64,000 bases of DNA from the human T2T-CHM13v2.0 reference genome, Homo sapiens. The position numbers and the translations under genes were made by a program. The notes below the pieces were generated by a model. That model did not search any database, was not told the origin of the DNA, and saw nothing but the letters and a program-made list of their open reading frames with translations. Positions 17,101-30,884 of this stretch are shown piece by piece; position 1 is the stretch's first letter; each line of letters begins with the position of its first letter. The DNA lies in the NCBI RefSeq assembly GCF_009914755.1, contig NC_060927.1. One strand, 5' to 3'.

Positions 17101-17430
17101 TGTGGCAAATAAAGACAGCCATGATTTCTTTGCTACTCATCCCATTGAGAGGTGAAGTCTAGTTCCACTTTCCTTGAATGTGGACTGGCTTCAATCACTT
17201 GACAAATTTGCTATGGCAGAAGTGAGACTGGGTCACAAGAAGCTTGTTATATACTTTCACTCAGGCCTCTTGGAACACTCGCTCTTGTAACCCATCCACA
17301 ATGCTGTGAGGAAGCACCAGTATTCCCAGGAGACCTATGTGAGCAGGAACCAAGGCTCCTGGTTGAACAGCTTCCAACTGAGCTGCCAGTCAGCAGCCAG
17401 CAACAACTCTCCAGCCATGCAGTGATTACC
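17101..17430 (+). mobile_element. MaLR MLT1-type LTR fragment
   Basis: tgtggc...cccattgagaggtgaagtct...ccttgaatgtggactggc...ctgtgaggaagc resembles MLT1F/G. Confidence 0.55.
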
Positions 17431-17466
17431 CCTACTGTTGAAAACTATTCTCTAGCCATTTGCCAT

Positions 17467-17705
17467 AGTGATTAGAATGAGGCTCTGGAGCCAGACTGCT
17501 TAAACTTGAATATCTGACCCCACTTTATAGCTGCATGACTTTGGGAAAGTTACCTAAGTACTATACTTCAGTTTCCTCATCCAAATAATGGAGAAATAAC
17601 TTTCTATTGCAAATGGTTTTTGGAATTAAACAACCTGAATTGATTATTATGTGAAGAGCATGTAAACAAATGCCTGCAAGTGTTCAATAAATGTGAGCTA
17701 TTGTT
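17467..17705 (+). mobile_element. MIR
   Basis: gctctggagccagactgc...tgactttgggaaagttacctaa...cagtttcctcat...tcaataaatg. Confidence 0.65.
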
Positions 17706-19461
17706 GTAAGTAGGTATTGTCTAAGCTTCCACAAAACTCTTTGATGCTGGCTACTAGAGAGCGTTCAGCAGTCTCCTAATGCTAACCTGCCCCTCTTCTG
17801 TGTGATTCTCTGAGGTCTTCTCTTTGGTCTCTTACCCTCAGACCTCCTCTCAGGCTTCAGTACTTTCCTGGCTTCCCCCAGGAAGATGGAGTAGATCAGG
17901 CACATCATCGACTTTCCAGGTGCATCTTTCTGGCATAAATTCTGTATCCTTTTTCTTCAAGTCTTCCCTTTGAATACTTTACTACTTGCCAGTATTTTAT
18001 TCATACTATAAAATTATGATTTCTCAAGGCAATCTGTATGTTCTGATTAAGAAAAAGTTTTCATACAAGGAGGTTGGCTCAGGTGAGTACAAAGATGAAT
18101 GTTTTAAAGATACATGTTCTCCCTATACTTCAGCATCAGACAGGAATTTCCTCATCTTCTTTGACCTTTCTGCTCTGAATCACATTCCTTCTCACCCTTT
18201 CAAGAACTTTACTCCTGAAGTTATGCCTTTTCTCTTCTGCATCAACCAAACTTTCTTTCCTATTGGGTCTTTCCTCTTATGCAAATATGCACCATTACCA
18301 TTCATCCTTAAAAATAAAATCAAATAAAACACCCTCTGACCCAACAATCCCTTCCACTTATTAACCCAATTCTCTTTTCTCCTTTACAACCAGTTTTCAA
18401 AATGTTTCTATATACATCATTTCAATTTCTTCATCTCCCATTAACTCTCAATCAACTTCAGTCTCAACCATAACCTGAAACTCTGTCATCCTAAGGTCAA
18501 TAACAACATCCAGTTCTCTGACATCATCTGAATTGACCACACGGAAGCACTGGCACAGCTGTACACTATCCTATTCTTGAATTATTCTCCCCTTAGCTTC
18601 CCTGACATCATCTTCTCCTAGTCTGGCCACTCCATTTCACTCTCCTTTTTCTCTTCTTCATCTGAATGTTACATTCTACCTGGCTCTTCACCCATTTTCT
18701 TTGGATGATCACATCCATTTATGTAGCTTTTAAAACCATCTATTTGTTCACATTTCCCTACTTAATATATCTATTCCACCTTCTGTGCCCCTACGGTTGT
18801 ATATTCAACTGCTACCCTGACATTTCTTAGCAGTTTTACATGCATCTCAAACACAACATACCAAAATACAACTATTGACTTTTCCCAGGACTTGGGAAAA
18901 TTGAATGAGAAGGCCAAACTTGGGCATAAAGCACAATAGAATAGGGGAAACTCATCTTCTAATAATTTTTTAAGGAAATAACTTAATATTTAATGTTTTA
19001 AAATAACACCACATAAGTAGTCATAAGGGTTAGGACTTGATTAGACATCTTTATGTTTACGTTATAATTTAGTATTGTTTTCATTTCATCTTATTTTTAA
19101 AGAAAGGAGGCAATGCAATATTTTTAATGCATAAGACTTCTACAGAGGCTAATCAGTCTCCATCCTCCCTTAGTTTTCAACCTATCAGTAAATACATCGG
19201 CACTCTCATCCATTCAATTTTAAAGCCAGATACCTGGTTATCATTCATGATAACCTCTCCAATTTCCCACATTCAATCCGTGAGCAAGTCTTGGTGTATG
19301 GTTCCCCAAAATAGCTCAGTCCATAGGCTGCTCTTTACCACTGCCACAGTTACCCACTTGTAATCTCTCACCTGGACTACTGCAAAGAACCTGCTTACTG
19401 CACGTTCCACTTTTACACTTGCTCCCTTCTAATACATTCTTTAATCAACATAAAAATTTTA

Positions 19462-19747
<286 letters not shown>

Positions 19748-19854
19748 TTAAAATTCATAATGTCACTTTAGAAGTCTTTTTAAAAATTCATAATGTTGCT
19801 TCCATTGCTAAGCACCCCTTAATGGTTTCTCACTGCTTTTCAAATATAATTTCA

Positions 19855-20135
19855 AGCAGGGCATGGTGGCTCATGCCTGTAGTCCCAGCACTTTGGGAGA
19901 TCAAGGTGCACATTTGAGGCCAGGAGTTCGAGACCAGCCTGGCCAACACGGTGAAACCCCCACCTCCACTAAAAATACAAAAATTAGCTGGGCATGGTGG
20001 CAGGCACCTGTAATCTCAGCTGCTTGGGAGGCCAAGGAAGGAGAATCACTTGAACCTGGGTTGCAGTGAGTCAAGATCATCAAGTCACTGCACTCCAGTC
20101 TGGGTGCAGAGAGAGACTCTGTTTCAAATATAAAT
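19855..20135 (+). mobile_element. Alu
   Basis: Alu dimer with small deletions; AT-rich tail. Confidence 0.92.
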
Positions 20136-21255
20136 ATATATAAAATATATAATTTTATGTAATATATAATTTTATTTTATGTATAATATATATATAATTT
20201 CAACTCCTTGCCATGGCCTTTTGCTCTGCCTGTGCCGGTCACTGTACTTTTCACCGTTACACCCTGGACACCAGTTCCTATTCCAGTCTTATCTTGCCCT
20301 TTCTCATCATTTTGTCTCTGCATTCTTCAGTGACATCTTCTCAGAGAAACCTTCTCACTGGAACCCACCCTCTAGCCTTCTCTCACCTAGCCCTGTTTGT
20401 TATCACAGTTTGTAATTTTCATTTCATTTGGAACGTTCATTTCTTTTGCTTGCTTCCTTTTCAAATGTCTCTCCCACTGGTCTGCAAACTGGATAAGATC
20501 AGAGGCCTTATTTACTGTGTCTTTATGCCTGATGCATAGTAGGGGCTCAAAAAATTAATGGTGAATTAATGGATTATACTCATAAGTGGATTCAGGGTTC
20601 ACACTAATCCTATGACAATAGATCCAGTGCTTCTTCCATGCCCTTTCCCACTAAAATAAACAACTCTAAAATTCTGGGCACTAGACTAAGTCAACTTATT
20701 TGCTTTTAATCACAAGACATAATAAAGAATCAAGCCCGTAGCCTGTTTTTAGTGACTGGCAATAGAAAGAATAAATAAGTAAATGAGCAAGTGACTCGCA
20801 TCTTCTATTTCCTCATTAGTAAAATAAGAAGGACAATAATTTTTAAGTTCTTTCCAGCTCTAAATTTCAAGACCCCTGAAAGTGTCATCAGGCAAATATT
20901 TCAATGACAGGCAGGAGGTTCAGACGCAAATCTAGACTCTGCTTCTGGAAGCTTCATAGCAAGTTTAGTCTTGGAAGTGATACAGAGATTTTTCAGAAAT
21001 TCATCACAACATGTTATGTCATCTTCCTGTCTCTATTCTGTTTGAAAAAAACAGAGATATTCTTTTGCTTATTTCTTTTTGAAAATGGGGATGTTATATG
21101 AGCTTCACCATTACTTTGTGAATACTGATGAGCTTAAGAGGTGCTTATAGTTTACAATATAATCCACATGAACACTTAGTAAAGTGTTTGTTGCAAAATA
21201 AGTCTCTCATAAATGGTAGTATATCTATGTAAGTTTTCTGTATGTATGCATATAG

Positions 21256-21630
<375 letters not shown>

Positions 21631-24049
21631 GAAAGCTGGCTTTTTAAACTTCCTGTCTCAATCCTTTCTGAAGAAGAAATATTGGACGGCTTTGAAAGAT
21701 AATTTAGAAGGATAGATTTGGCCTCTTTGACTATGCACACACTGTTTTTCTACTCTGAATATGGTATATTAAGAAGAGTGAGCAAGTTGACAAAATTCAA
21801 TAAGGTATTTAACAGCTTCTGATGCTTTCTAACCCAGGGTTTCTCAGAATTAGTATTCTAATATCTGTGGAATTTTTTATTAGGCTTTAGTAAATCTATT
21901 TGATGTGTTAAAACTCAATCACACACTAAATGCAGCTGAGCATTTAGACTGTTAATTTCAGTCCCTCTATACATGGGTATTTACTCCAAATGACCTATCA
22001 CATTGAATAAAGATTGTTTTCTAAGACATTTTTTAAAGCCTCTCACTAGTGTCTACTGAATTGGTGGTCAAGTACTAAACCATAAAAATCATCCATTAGA
22101 AGCTGGGAAACATACAACCCAAGATGGAATAAGCTTGGTAATCATTTTGACAAGGGTGAAATCGAAGTAAGAAACCTTGCTTAATCCACTGAACCGAATG
22201 TGGGGAAGTGTAATAAAGACACCGCCCTCCAGCACTGTACTCAACCAGATACTTCCGTCTGGGTTGGAGGAAATGGAACCACCAGAAGCAGCCTAACTCA
22301 TGGCATGGTGGTCTGTACTCAGCTAAGCTTTGACAAGCTGGCACCCAGTCCTTACTTGGGCACAGGCACAAATCTAAAATCCGCTCTTAGGCACAGATGC
22401 ATTGGCATGAAATCTGTCCGTAGGCCCAGGAACTGGGACTTTTGGATACATTTGCATAATATATCATTCCAACAAAGTAATTGAAACTGTGGGGGGTGGG
22501 CAAATGTGATAAAATACAGCAGGCAGAGGAGGAAAAATTCAGACATTGTTGGCATCAGACCCACAGTCTTAAGAGGGAAAAAAAGTATTTTGTGTAGAAA
22601 ATTTCTGGAAGAATGTATGCCAAATTGTTAATAGTAGTTATCTCTTAGAGAAATTATTGTTAAAGTTTTTTTTTTGAAATTGCACATTTCTATAACTTTT
22701 TTAAAGCATATATTACTTATGTGATCAGAAAAAAAGAATTGGAAAGCAAAAAATGTGCCACACCCATAATTTATTTGCCAGCAATCAATTCCCAGTTCTT
22801 CACTTATAGACCACTGAAAAAGAAATCTGGAATTTCTCCTTTTTGATATACACTTGCAAGGACCAACCTGTCAACCCCTTTACAAATGTTAAAAGATTCC
22901 TGGTCTTCTTTATGGAATAAACTCCCCACTAAGTAGATTTGCCTAGTATTCAAGGTGAGGTTGAGTCATATGTATAAATAAAGACTTTTAGTTCATCTTC
23001 AATAAGACAGAATGTTCTTTAAACCAACGGTACTGGAAGCAAATAATTTCATTAAAAAAAGTTTGGTCAAAATATTGAATGGTGTTTTTCACCTGCCACA
23101 GCAATTAAAATGCCTGTAACAAAATACCATTGAGATAAATTATAGTCCTTTGTTCAGAGCTCATCAGAAAAGATCTAATTTATAGCATTGACTATAACTT
23201 GTGAAAAAGTCTCTGTCTGAAAGCTAATACCATGATAAATTTTAATCATGTAGATAGAACTAGCTTCAAAGCCGTATTAATTATACATTTAAGCTCTACA
23301 TACAAACTCATACATCACAGTACACCCAGAACATGTAAAATACAGTCTGAACCAAATTAAAATATGCCAATTTCCTCAGCAGTTATTTGCTTTTGATATA
23401 CTGTAGTTATTTCAGTCCAGTCTTTATAAACATTAAATTACTGCTGTGTTTTCTTAGCCATTTTGCTTCCTCAGAGAGAACTCTAAGCTCTGGTTAACTT
23501 TCTGATTTTATACTTCTGCAGAATACAAAGTGACATCCAGAATGCCTTTCTTCATCCAAGCTAAGTAAAAAGGTTAAAAGTTGCTAGCAAGTTTTACCTT
23601 TCCACAAAGTCTACCAGCTGTGCCCACCACCCACCACAATTCCTACTCTCACACTCCTATTACTCTAGTTTTTCACCCCAGCATCACAAATACAGGTCAA
23701 GTCACCAGAGTCCCATAAGTATAGGCATATATTCCCTGCTTCAGAAATGGCTTCACTACCACTACTGAAAGCAGCCAGTCAGCAAACTGTTAGCAATCTG
23801 TGACAGGATAAGGAGCTGTGCCAGATGTGAATGAACATACTGCTTCCTTCATTGAGAAAGTCTTTTTACAAAGAAAATATGAGCTGAACTGAATGGCATG
23901 CTTAGTGTTGTAGTGAGAATTGTATATATGTAACATATCACAGTGATAAATAAAAATAAAAATTTGTAGATTCAAAATTTAGTTTTTTTAATCTCTCCTG
24001 TCTTTAGTTTCCTAGTTTCCTTCCCTAAAGTAACCACCTTTACCACTTT

Positions 24050-26235
24050 ATAGATATTCTATGCATATGAAATTGTGTGTGTGTAGAACAAAAAAAAAGT
24101 ATTATATACAATATTCTTTACTCTTTTAACATTGCATATTGGATATTGCCCCAAATCAATACATATAGAGTAGCTTTATTCTTTATGAAGGTTGCATAGT
24201 TTCTCATGCCATGCCTGTACATAATTTATTTATTTTTATTTTTTTATTTAACCAGTTCTCTAATATTAATATTTCTGCTGCCTTCAATCTTTTTGCTACT
24301 CCAAGCAATGCTATGATGAATATACTTTTAAGTTTGTCATTTAAGGTGTGCTGAGTATATAAGTAGGTAAACTCCTGTAGTAGAATTGCAAGATCAATGG
24401 GTATGTGCATTTGTAATTATGATAGATATTGTTAGATAGCCTCTTACAGAGTTTACACCAAATTGTATCCCCAAAGGCAGCGTATAAGATGCTATTTTCT
24501 TACACTCTTTCAATACAGTATGCTATCAAATTTCTTTTTTCTTTGCCAAATTGACAAGGGAAAATGGCACCTCAGTATAGTTTTAATTTTTAATTTTTAT
24601 TATGTATAAAGTAAATACCTTTGCTTATGTTCAGACCCATCTGTATTTACTTTAATGCAAACTATTTTATACTGTGTTCATTTTTTATTGGATTATTGGT
24701 CTTTTTCTTACATATTTATTTGTATATGCTGAGGAACATACCCTTTGTTCTATGTCATGAGGTGCAAACAAATATATTTTCCTGGTTTGTCATGTCTAAT
24801 TTGTCTTTGCTTAAGGTATTTTAATGCCATGACAATTTTATTGTAATTATATGTGGCCAAATTAATCAACTTTTTCTTTTATGATTTCTTAGTTTTGGAT
24901 TAACCTTAGAAAAGTCTTCCCAATACACACACATACGAACACACACATACCCACACACCTATGTGTATACATATATAGTATTTTCCTAGTATACTTATAT
25001 TTTAAGTTTTCTTTGTACATCTTGGAAAAATCTGGAATTTTGTTGTAAGTAATGAGGTAAGGATCCAAAATTAATTTTATTTTCCAGATAGCTATCCAGT
25101 TGTCCCAATACCATTTATTATTAGTTTGGTGCAAGAGTAATTGCCATTACATTGCTTACCCTCTGACTTTCTATCCCATTCTTGCCATATATTAACATCT
25201 GATACATATTTGGATCTACTTACAGACTGTCTTGTTTATTCCATTTATCTGCCTGTCAATTCATGCAAAAATTAATGTAATTATTATTATATTAATGTAA
25301 TTACAGTAGTGCTATATTTTAACATTTGGGTGGGTAATTAACTTGCTACTCCTCTTTTTCAAGAATTTTCTTGATGTTTTAAAATTTTCTGTATGAATCA
25401 ACACTTCCAGTTCCAAAAACAAATGCATAGATAAACAATAAATACTCTTACTGTATTTATTGGTACAGTAAGAGAATTAAGCTTATTACTTAAATTAGGA
25501 AGAACTGACATGTTTATAATATTGAATCTCTGTATTTAAGAAAATGTATGTTTTTCCATTCATTTGTGTAGATTTCATACACTTCTTGTTACATTTATTT
25601 CTAGAAATTAATTTTTGTTGCTATTGTAAATGTGATGATTTTTTTCATTATATCTTCTAATCGGTTATTGTCTGTACCTAAGAAAGCTGTTGATTACTCT
25701 TTATTATTGTATTCAAGTAGTTATGAATTCCCCTACTGTTTGCTATAATTTTTTAGTTTATTCTTTTGTGTATTCCATGTAAGCAAGTATAACATTTGCA
25801 AAAACAATTTTACTTTCTTTTTTCAAACATATATATAACTCATTTCTTTTTTCTAATTGCATTGGCAAGTATAGTCAGGACTATGTTAATAAAATAGTAG
25901 AGATAGTAGACACTCTGGCTTCTTCTTGACATTAATGGAACAACATAAACCCATTTTAAGCTAATAGTCACCATCTAAAAGCTAGCATCATATTTAATGT
26001 GTTCCCAGTGTGTTTTAATTAAACATAATGCTGGCTTTTAAAAAGTGACTATTAGTTTAAAATGTGTCCATAAAGTCTTTAATTGATTGAGGTTTTTTCA
26101 GTGCTTGTTATATTATGATTTATATTATATTATACATATGATTATATTATTTCTCTTATTTGTTCTTCTCATAGGTGAATTATATCAACAGAGTTACTAA
26201 TGTTGAATCAATTTCCCCATTCCTGGAATAAGCCA
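24050..26235 (-). mobile_element. Ancient degraded L1M fragment(s)
   Basis: Minus-strand ORF2-like remnants such as NKWYWDNWIAIW...LDPYL (24889-25134) and IPIDLAILL. Confidence 0.65.
25952..26064. repeat. Inverted repeat, 47-bp arms and 19-nt loop
   Basis: 25952-25998 matches the reverse complement of 26018-26064 at 40/47 positions. Confidence 0.85.
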
Positions 26236-28490
26236 ATACTATTATCCTCACCAATGCTCAGTCATTGTCTCGGGGCGCAAAGCAGGGGAAGAAAGTGTGG
26301 TTTTTTCATGAACACCAAGTGGATCTAAAAGGGTGGCATCCAGAGGCTGTCATCAACTACGCTCCTCATAGCAGCTTCTCTTAAAGGAAATTTGAGCGGC
26401 ACATTTCTGCAGCCAACACATGAGTCAATAAAGCACTGGAAGTCAAAAAACCTGAGCTTCAGAACAATGACTTCCAACCAGCGGTCCATGTGATCTTGGA
26501 CCAGTAATACACTCTTTGAGATTCACATTATTTCTTGCTGGATAATATAACAGAGTAGTGCACTAGTGTTTTTCAAGGTATTTATTCTAATACTAGCTCC
26601 AAGAATAGTGTTTAGCACATAACAATCACTCGATAAATATTTGTCTGAAGAAAAGAAATGAATGAATAAATGAAAGAGACATTAGGAAAGAGAAGATGAA
26701 GCCCTTTAAAAGCATATGTATAAAAGGAGCTTCAAAATATGGATTCTATCTATATCTTGTTACCATTCTCTTCCTATCACATTCCATTCCTCAGATACTG
26801 AATTTACAGAGCATAGCAGCTGCTTGAACACGTAATGGCTTTTATAACTCCACATCTTTGTGCATGCCGGTCTCTTGCCCTGGAACGCCTTTTGATCCTC
26901 TGTGACTGACAAAAACTGTCAGAATCCAGCTTCAATGTCCCTTCTTCTCTGAAGACTTTCTTGACATCTCCAAGTTAGGAATCATTTCTCTCTCCTTTGT
27001 GTCCTCACAGTATTTTTTTGGTATATCTGCTATAGCATTTACTTACTCCATAGTGATTCGTCTGTATATCTTCCTCCTCCCACTAGATGATGGAACACAT
27101 TAAGAGACCCTTAACTAATGAGCTACAATTAAATGTAGGCATGGAAGGATATTGATTTCTCTCATTTATTCTCAGCTCCTGGGGTAGGCAGACAGTGAAT
27201 CAGATGCCTCTGACCACAAGCACATTCATCCATTTATCCCATTGTGCAAAAACACATCTGCTAAGCATACCATGATTTGAAAAAGATAGGGAAGAACTGC
27301 CTTAACATAACAATCCATGTTCAACGTCTTTGTACACTGGGCACCTTGGATGGAGCCTGGTGCATAAATATTAGCAATACATGAACTCACATCTTTTGCA
27401 TACTGAATGAGTAAAGAAATCGTTCTTAGTTTCAAATTGTTATTGAGACTTGGCATTCACTGTTACATAATTATTTTATTAATATCTGTCTTTTGGCTAG
27501 ACTAAAATCCATTGGAGATGGAGTCATGTTTATTTTTTGCTTATCATTGTATCCCTAGCACAATGTTTGGCTGGGGCTGGAATATGGTAGATATTTAATA
27601 AGTACTTGTTGGATAAAGAAAAAACAAACAAATTATAAGACTGCCCCAGGTGGCTTAAATTAAAATCTTTTTAGAATCTTTGTACCTCAGGTTGGCCTGT
27701 CAGGCCTGCCATGTCCTCAACAGTTCCTGGGGATCCCTATACTATGTTCCAGCTCATCCATGCAGAGTGCTTTCTACCTGCCTGGCTTTCATAATAGCTG
27801 CTTATTTCCTGATTACCATTACCTTGCATGTTCTGCATCTGTCCAGCCATCAGAGAAAGGGCAAGTATAAACAGACTAACTTTGGTACTAGTCACTGGCA
27901 GTCTCCTTCCAGAGGCATAGTTAAGTACTTATATTGCCCTCAGAACATGTCTGTCTATGGGCTCATCACACGGTACTGTAATTGTCTGTTAACCTTATCT
28001 TTGTTGCTGCAATGCTGGGCCACATGGCTAGCATCTCATAACTGCTTATCCAGTGTTTGTTGATCACTCACTATATTGGAAATTATTAATCAACCAACCA
28101 ATTATCACATCAAATAAATATTAAATGATCTGGTGTTCTCTGCAGTCAATATTGAGTCCAGCAATGGGCTTGGTGTTGAATGGATGCCAATAAAGGACAA
28201 AATACTTCTCTGCAGAGTTCACAGAAAAGAAAATTTTTTAAAAAAGGACAAAAGTGTTCCAGGGAAGGTTAAAACAGCATTGGGACAATGGAAAGGGTAA
28301 AAGCATGTGTTTCAAAGCTGAACTTTCTGAGCTTGAATCTCATGTTTTCTACTTAGTAAAGGGATGCTCTTGGGTAAGGATATCTGGGATATCAATCTTG
28401 TCACTTACAAAAGAGAGATGATAAACACAAACTACCACTTGGGTTGTTTCAAGGATTAAGCAAACACATGCATTTAAAGTGTTTGGAAGA

Positions 28491-28803
28491 GACTAGGCAT
28501 GGTGGCTCACACCTGTAATTGCAGCACTTTGGGAGGCTGAGGCAGGCAGATCACATGAGGCCAGGAGTTTGAGACCAGCCTGGCCAACATGGCAAAACAC
28601 CATCTCTACTAAAAATACAAAGATTAGGCTGGATGAGGTGGTGCACACCTGTGGTCCCAGTTACTCAAGAGGCTAAGGAGTGAGTCTTAGCTCCTCAGCT
28701 AAGGAACTAAGCGAGGTGGCAGCGAGTCAAGATTGCATCACTGCACTCCAGCCTGGGTGACAGAGCAAGACTCTGTCTCAAAAAATATATAAAATTTTTT
28801 TAG
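28491..28803 (+). mobile_element. Alu with rearranged right arm
   Basis: Dimer; 5' TSD AAAGTGTTTGGAAGA (28476-28490), whose complete partner is at 31312-31326. Confidence 0.92.
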
Positions 28804-29127
28804 AAAGTGTTTGGGCTAAAAGAAGCTATTTATTTGAGACTCAACAACCAGCCCAACCATATGCTTCCATTTTGAAACAATTGGAGATGGCCTAATAGGA
28901 AGAGCTCCAGTCTGCAGCTCCCAGCGTGATCAACGCAGAAGATGGTGATGTCTGCATTTCCAACTGAGGTACCTGGTTCATCTCAATGGGACTGGTTGGA
29001 CAGTGGGTGCAGCCCATGGAGGGTGAGCTGAAGCAGGGCAGGACATCACCTCACCCAGGAAGGGCAAGGGTTCGGGGGATTGCCCTTTCCTAGCCAAAGG
29101 AAGCTGTGACAGACTGCACCTGGAAAA

Positions 29128-29310
29128 TCAGGACACTCCCGCCCAAATACTGCGCTTTTCCAACAGTCTTAGCAAATGGCACACCAGGAGATTATATCCC
29201 ACGCCTGGCTCAGCAGGTCCCACGCCCATGGAGGCTTGCTCACTGCTAGTGCAGCAGTCTGAGATCAACCTGCGAGATGGCAGCCTGGCAGGGGGAGGGG
29301 TGTCTGCCAT
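29128..29310 (-). pseudogene. Truncated ORF0 homologue (60 aa)
   Basis: MADTPPPARLPSRRLISDCC...GVGPAEPGVGY...EKRSIWAGVS*. Confidence 0.6.
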
Positions 29311-29894
29311 TGCTGAGGCTTGAGTAGGTAAACAAAACAGCTGGTGAAGCTTGAACTGGGTGGAGCCCACCACAGCTCTGCAAGGTCTGCTGCCTCTGTA
29401 GACCCCACCTCTCAGGGCAGGGCATAGCTAAACAAAAGGCAGCAGAAACTTCTGCAGACTTAAACCTTCCTGTCTGACATCTCTGAAGAGAGCAGTGGTT
29501 CTCCCAGCATGGCGTTTGAGCTCTGGGAACAGACAGACTGCCTCCTCAAGTGGGTCCCTGACCCCCATGTAGCCTAATTGGGAAACATCTCCCAGTAGGG
29601 GCCAACTGACACCTCATACAAGCAGGTGCCCCTCTGAGACAAAGCTTCCAGAGGAAGGATCAGGCAGCAATATATGCTGTTCTGCAGCATCTGCTGGTGA
29701 TACCCAGGCAAACAGGGGTCTGGAATGGACCTCCAACAAACTCCAACAGACCTGCATCTGAGGGACCTGACTCTCAGAAGGAGAACTAACAAACAGAAAG
29801 GAATAGAATCAACATCAACAAAAAGGACATCCACACCAAAACTCCACCTGTAGGTCACCAGCATCAAAGACCAAAGATAAATAAAACCACAAAG

Positions 29895-30884
29895 ATGGGG
29901 AGAAACCAGAGCAGAAAAGCTGAAAATTCTAAAAACCAGAGCACCTCTTCTCCTCCAAAGGATTGCATCTCCTTGCCAGCAATGGAACAAAGCTGGATGG
30001 AGAATGACTTTGATGAGTTCACAGAAGTAGGCTTCAGAAAGTCGGTAATAACAAACTTCTCCGAGCTAAAGGAGGATGTTCGAACCCATCGCAAGGAAGC
30101 TAAAAACCTTGAAAAAAGATTAGACGAATGGCTAACTAGAATAAACAGTGTAGAGAAGACTTTAAATGACCTGATGGAGCTGAAAACCATGGCACGAGAA
30201 CTATGTGACACATGCACAAAATTCAATAGCCAATTTGATCAAGTGGAAGAAAGGGTATCAGTGATTGAAGATCAAATGAATGAAATAAAACGAGGAGACA
30301 AGTTTAGAGAAAAAAGTGTAAAAAGAAATGAACAAAGCCTCCAAGAAATATGGGACTACATGAAAAGACCAAATCTACATTTGATTGGTATACCTGAAAG
30401 TGATGGGGAGAATGGAACCAAGCTGGAAAACACTCTGCAGGATATTATCCAGGAGAACTTCCCCAACCTAGCAAGGCAGGCCAACATTCAGATTCAGGAA
30501 ATACAGAGAACGCCACAAAGATACTCCTCGAGAAAAGCAACCCCAAGACATATAATTGTCAGATTCATCAAGGTTGAAATGAAGGAAAAAATGTTAAGGG
30601 CAGCCAGAGAGAAAGGTTGGGTTACCCACAAAGGGAAGCCCATCAGACCAACAGCGGATCTCTCAGCAGAAACTCTACAAGCCAGAAGAGAGCGGGGGCC
30701 AATATCCAACATTCTTAAAGAAAAGAATTTTCAACCCAGAATTTCATATCCAGCCAAACTAAGCTTCATAAGTGAAGGAGAAATAAAATCCTATAAAGAC
30801 ACATGCACACGTATGTTTATTGCGGCACTATTCACAATAGCAAAAACTTGGAATCAACCCAAATGTCCATCAATGATAGACTAG
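29895..30884 (+). CDS. Open ORF1::ORF2 C-terminal chimeric ORF (329 aa); expression unknown
   Basis: ORF1p up to ...YPAKLSFISEGEIKS, then [30 protein letters not shown] (ORF2 about 1189-1218), stop at TGG>TAG. Confidence 0.6.
   Translation: MGRNQSRKAENSKNQSTSSPPKDCISLPAMEQSWMENDFDEFTEVGFRKSVITNFSELKEDVRTHRKEAKNLEKRLDEWLTRINSVEKTLNDLMELKTMARELCDTCTKFNSQFDQVEERVSVIEDQMNEIKRGDKFREKSVKRNEQSLQEIWDYMKRPNLHLIGIPESDGENGTKLENTLQDIIQENFPNLARQANIQIQEIQRTPQRYSSRKATPRHIIVRFIKVEMKEKMLRAAREKGWVTHKGKPIRPTADLSAETLQARRERGPISNILKEKNFQPRISYPAKLSFISEGEIKSYKDTCTRMFIAALFTIAKTWNQPKCPSMID

Noticed and set aside
22096-22564. Overlapping ORFs in unique, GC-richer sequence
   Set aside because: No recognisable protein motif or convincing splice-site pair; possibly regulatory but unsupported.
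30781-30800. The L1 internal deletion as a spliced-out intron
   Set aside because: Judged from the L1HS copy, the deleted segment does not start with GT or end with AG; imperfect homology explains the junction better.
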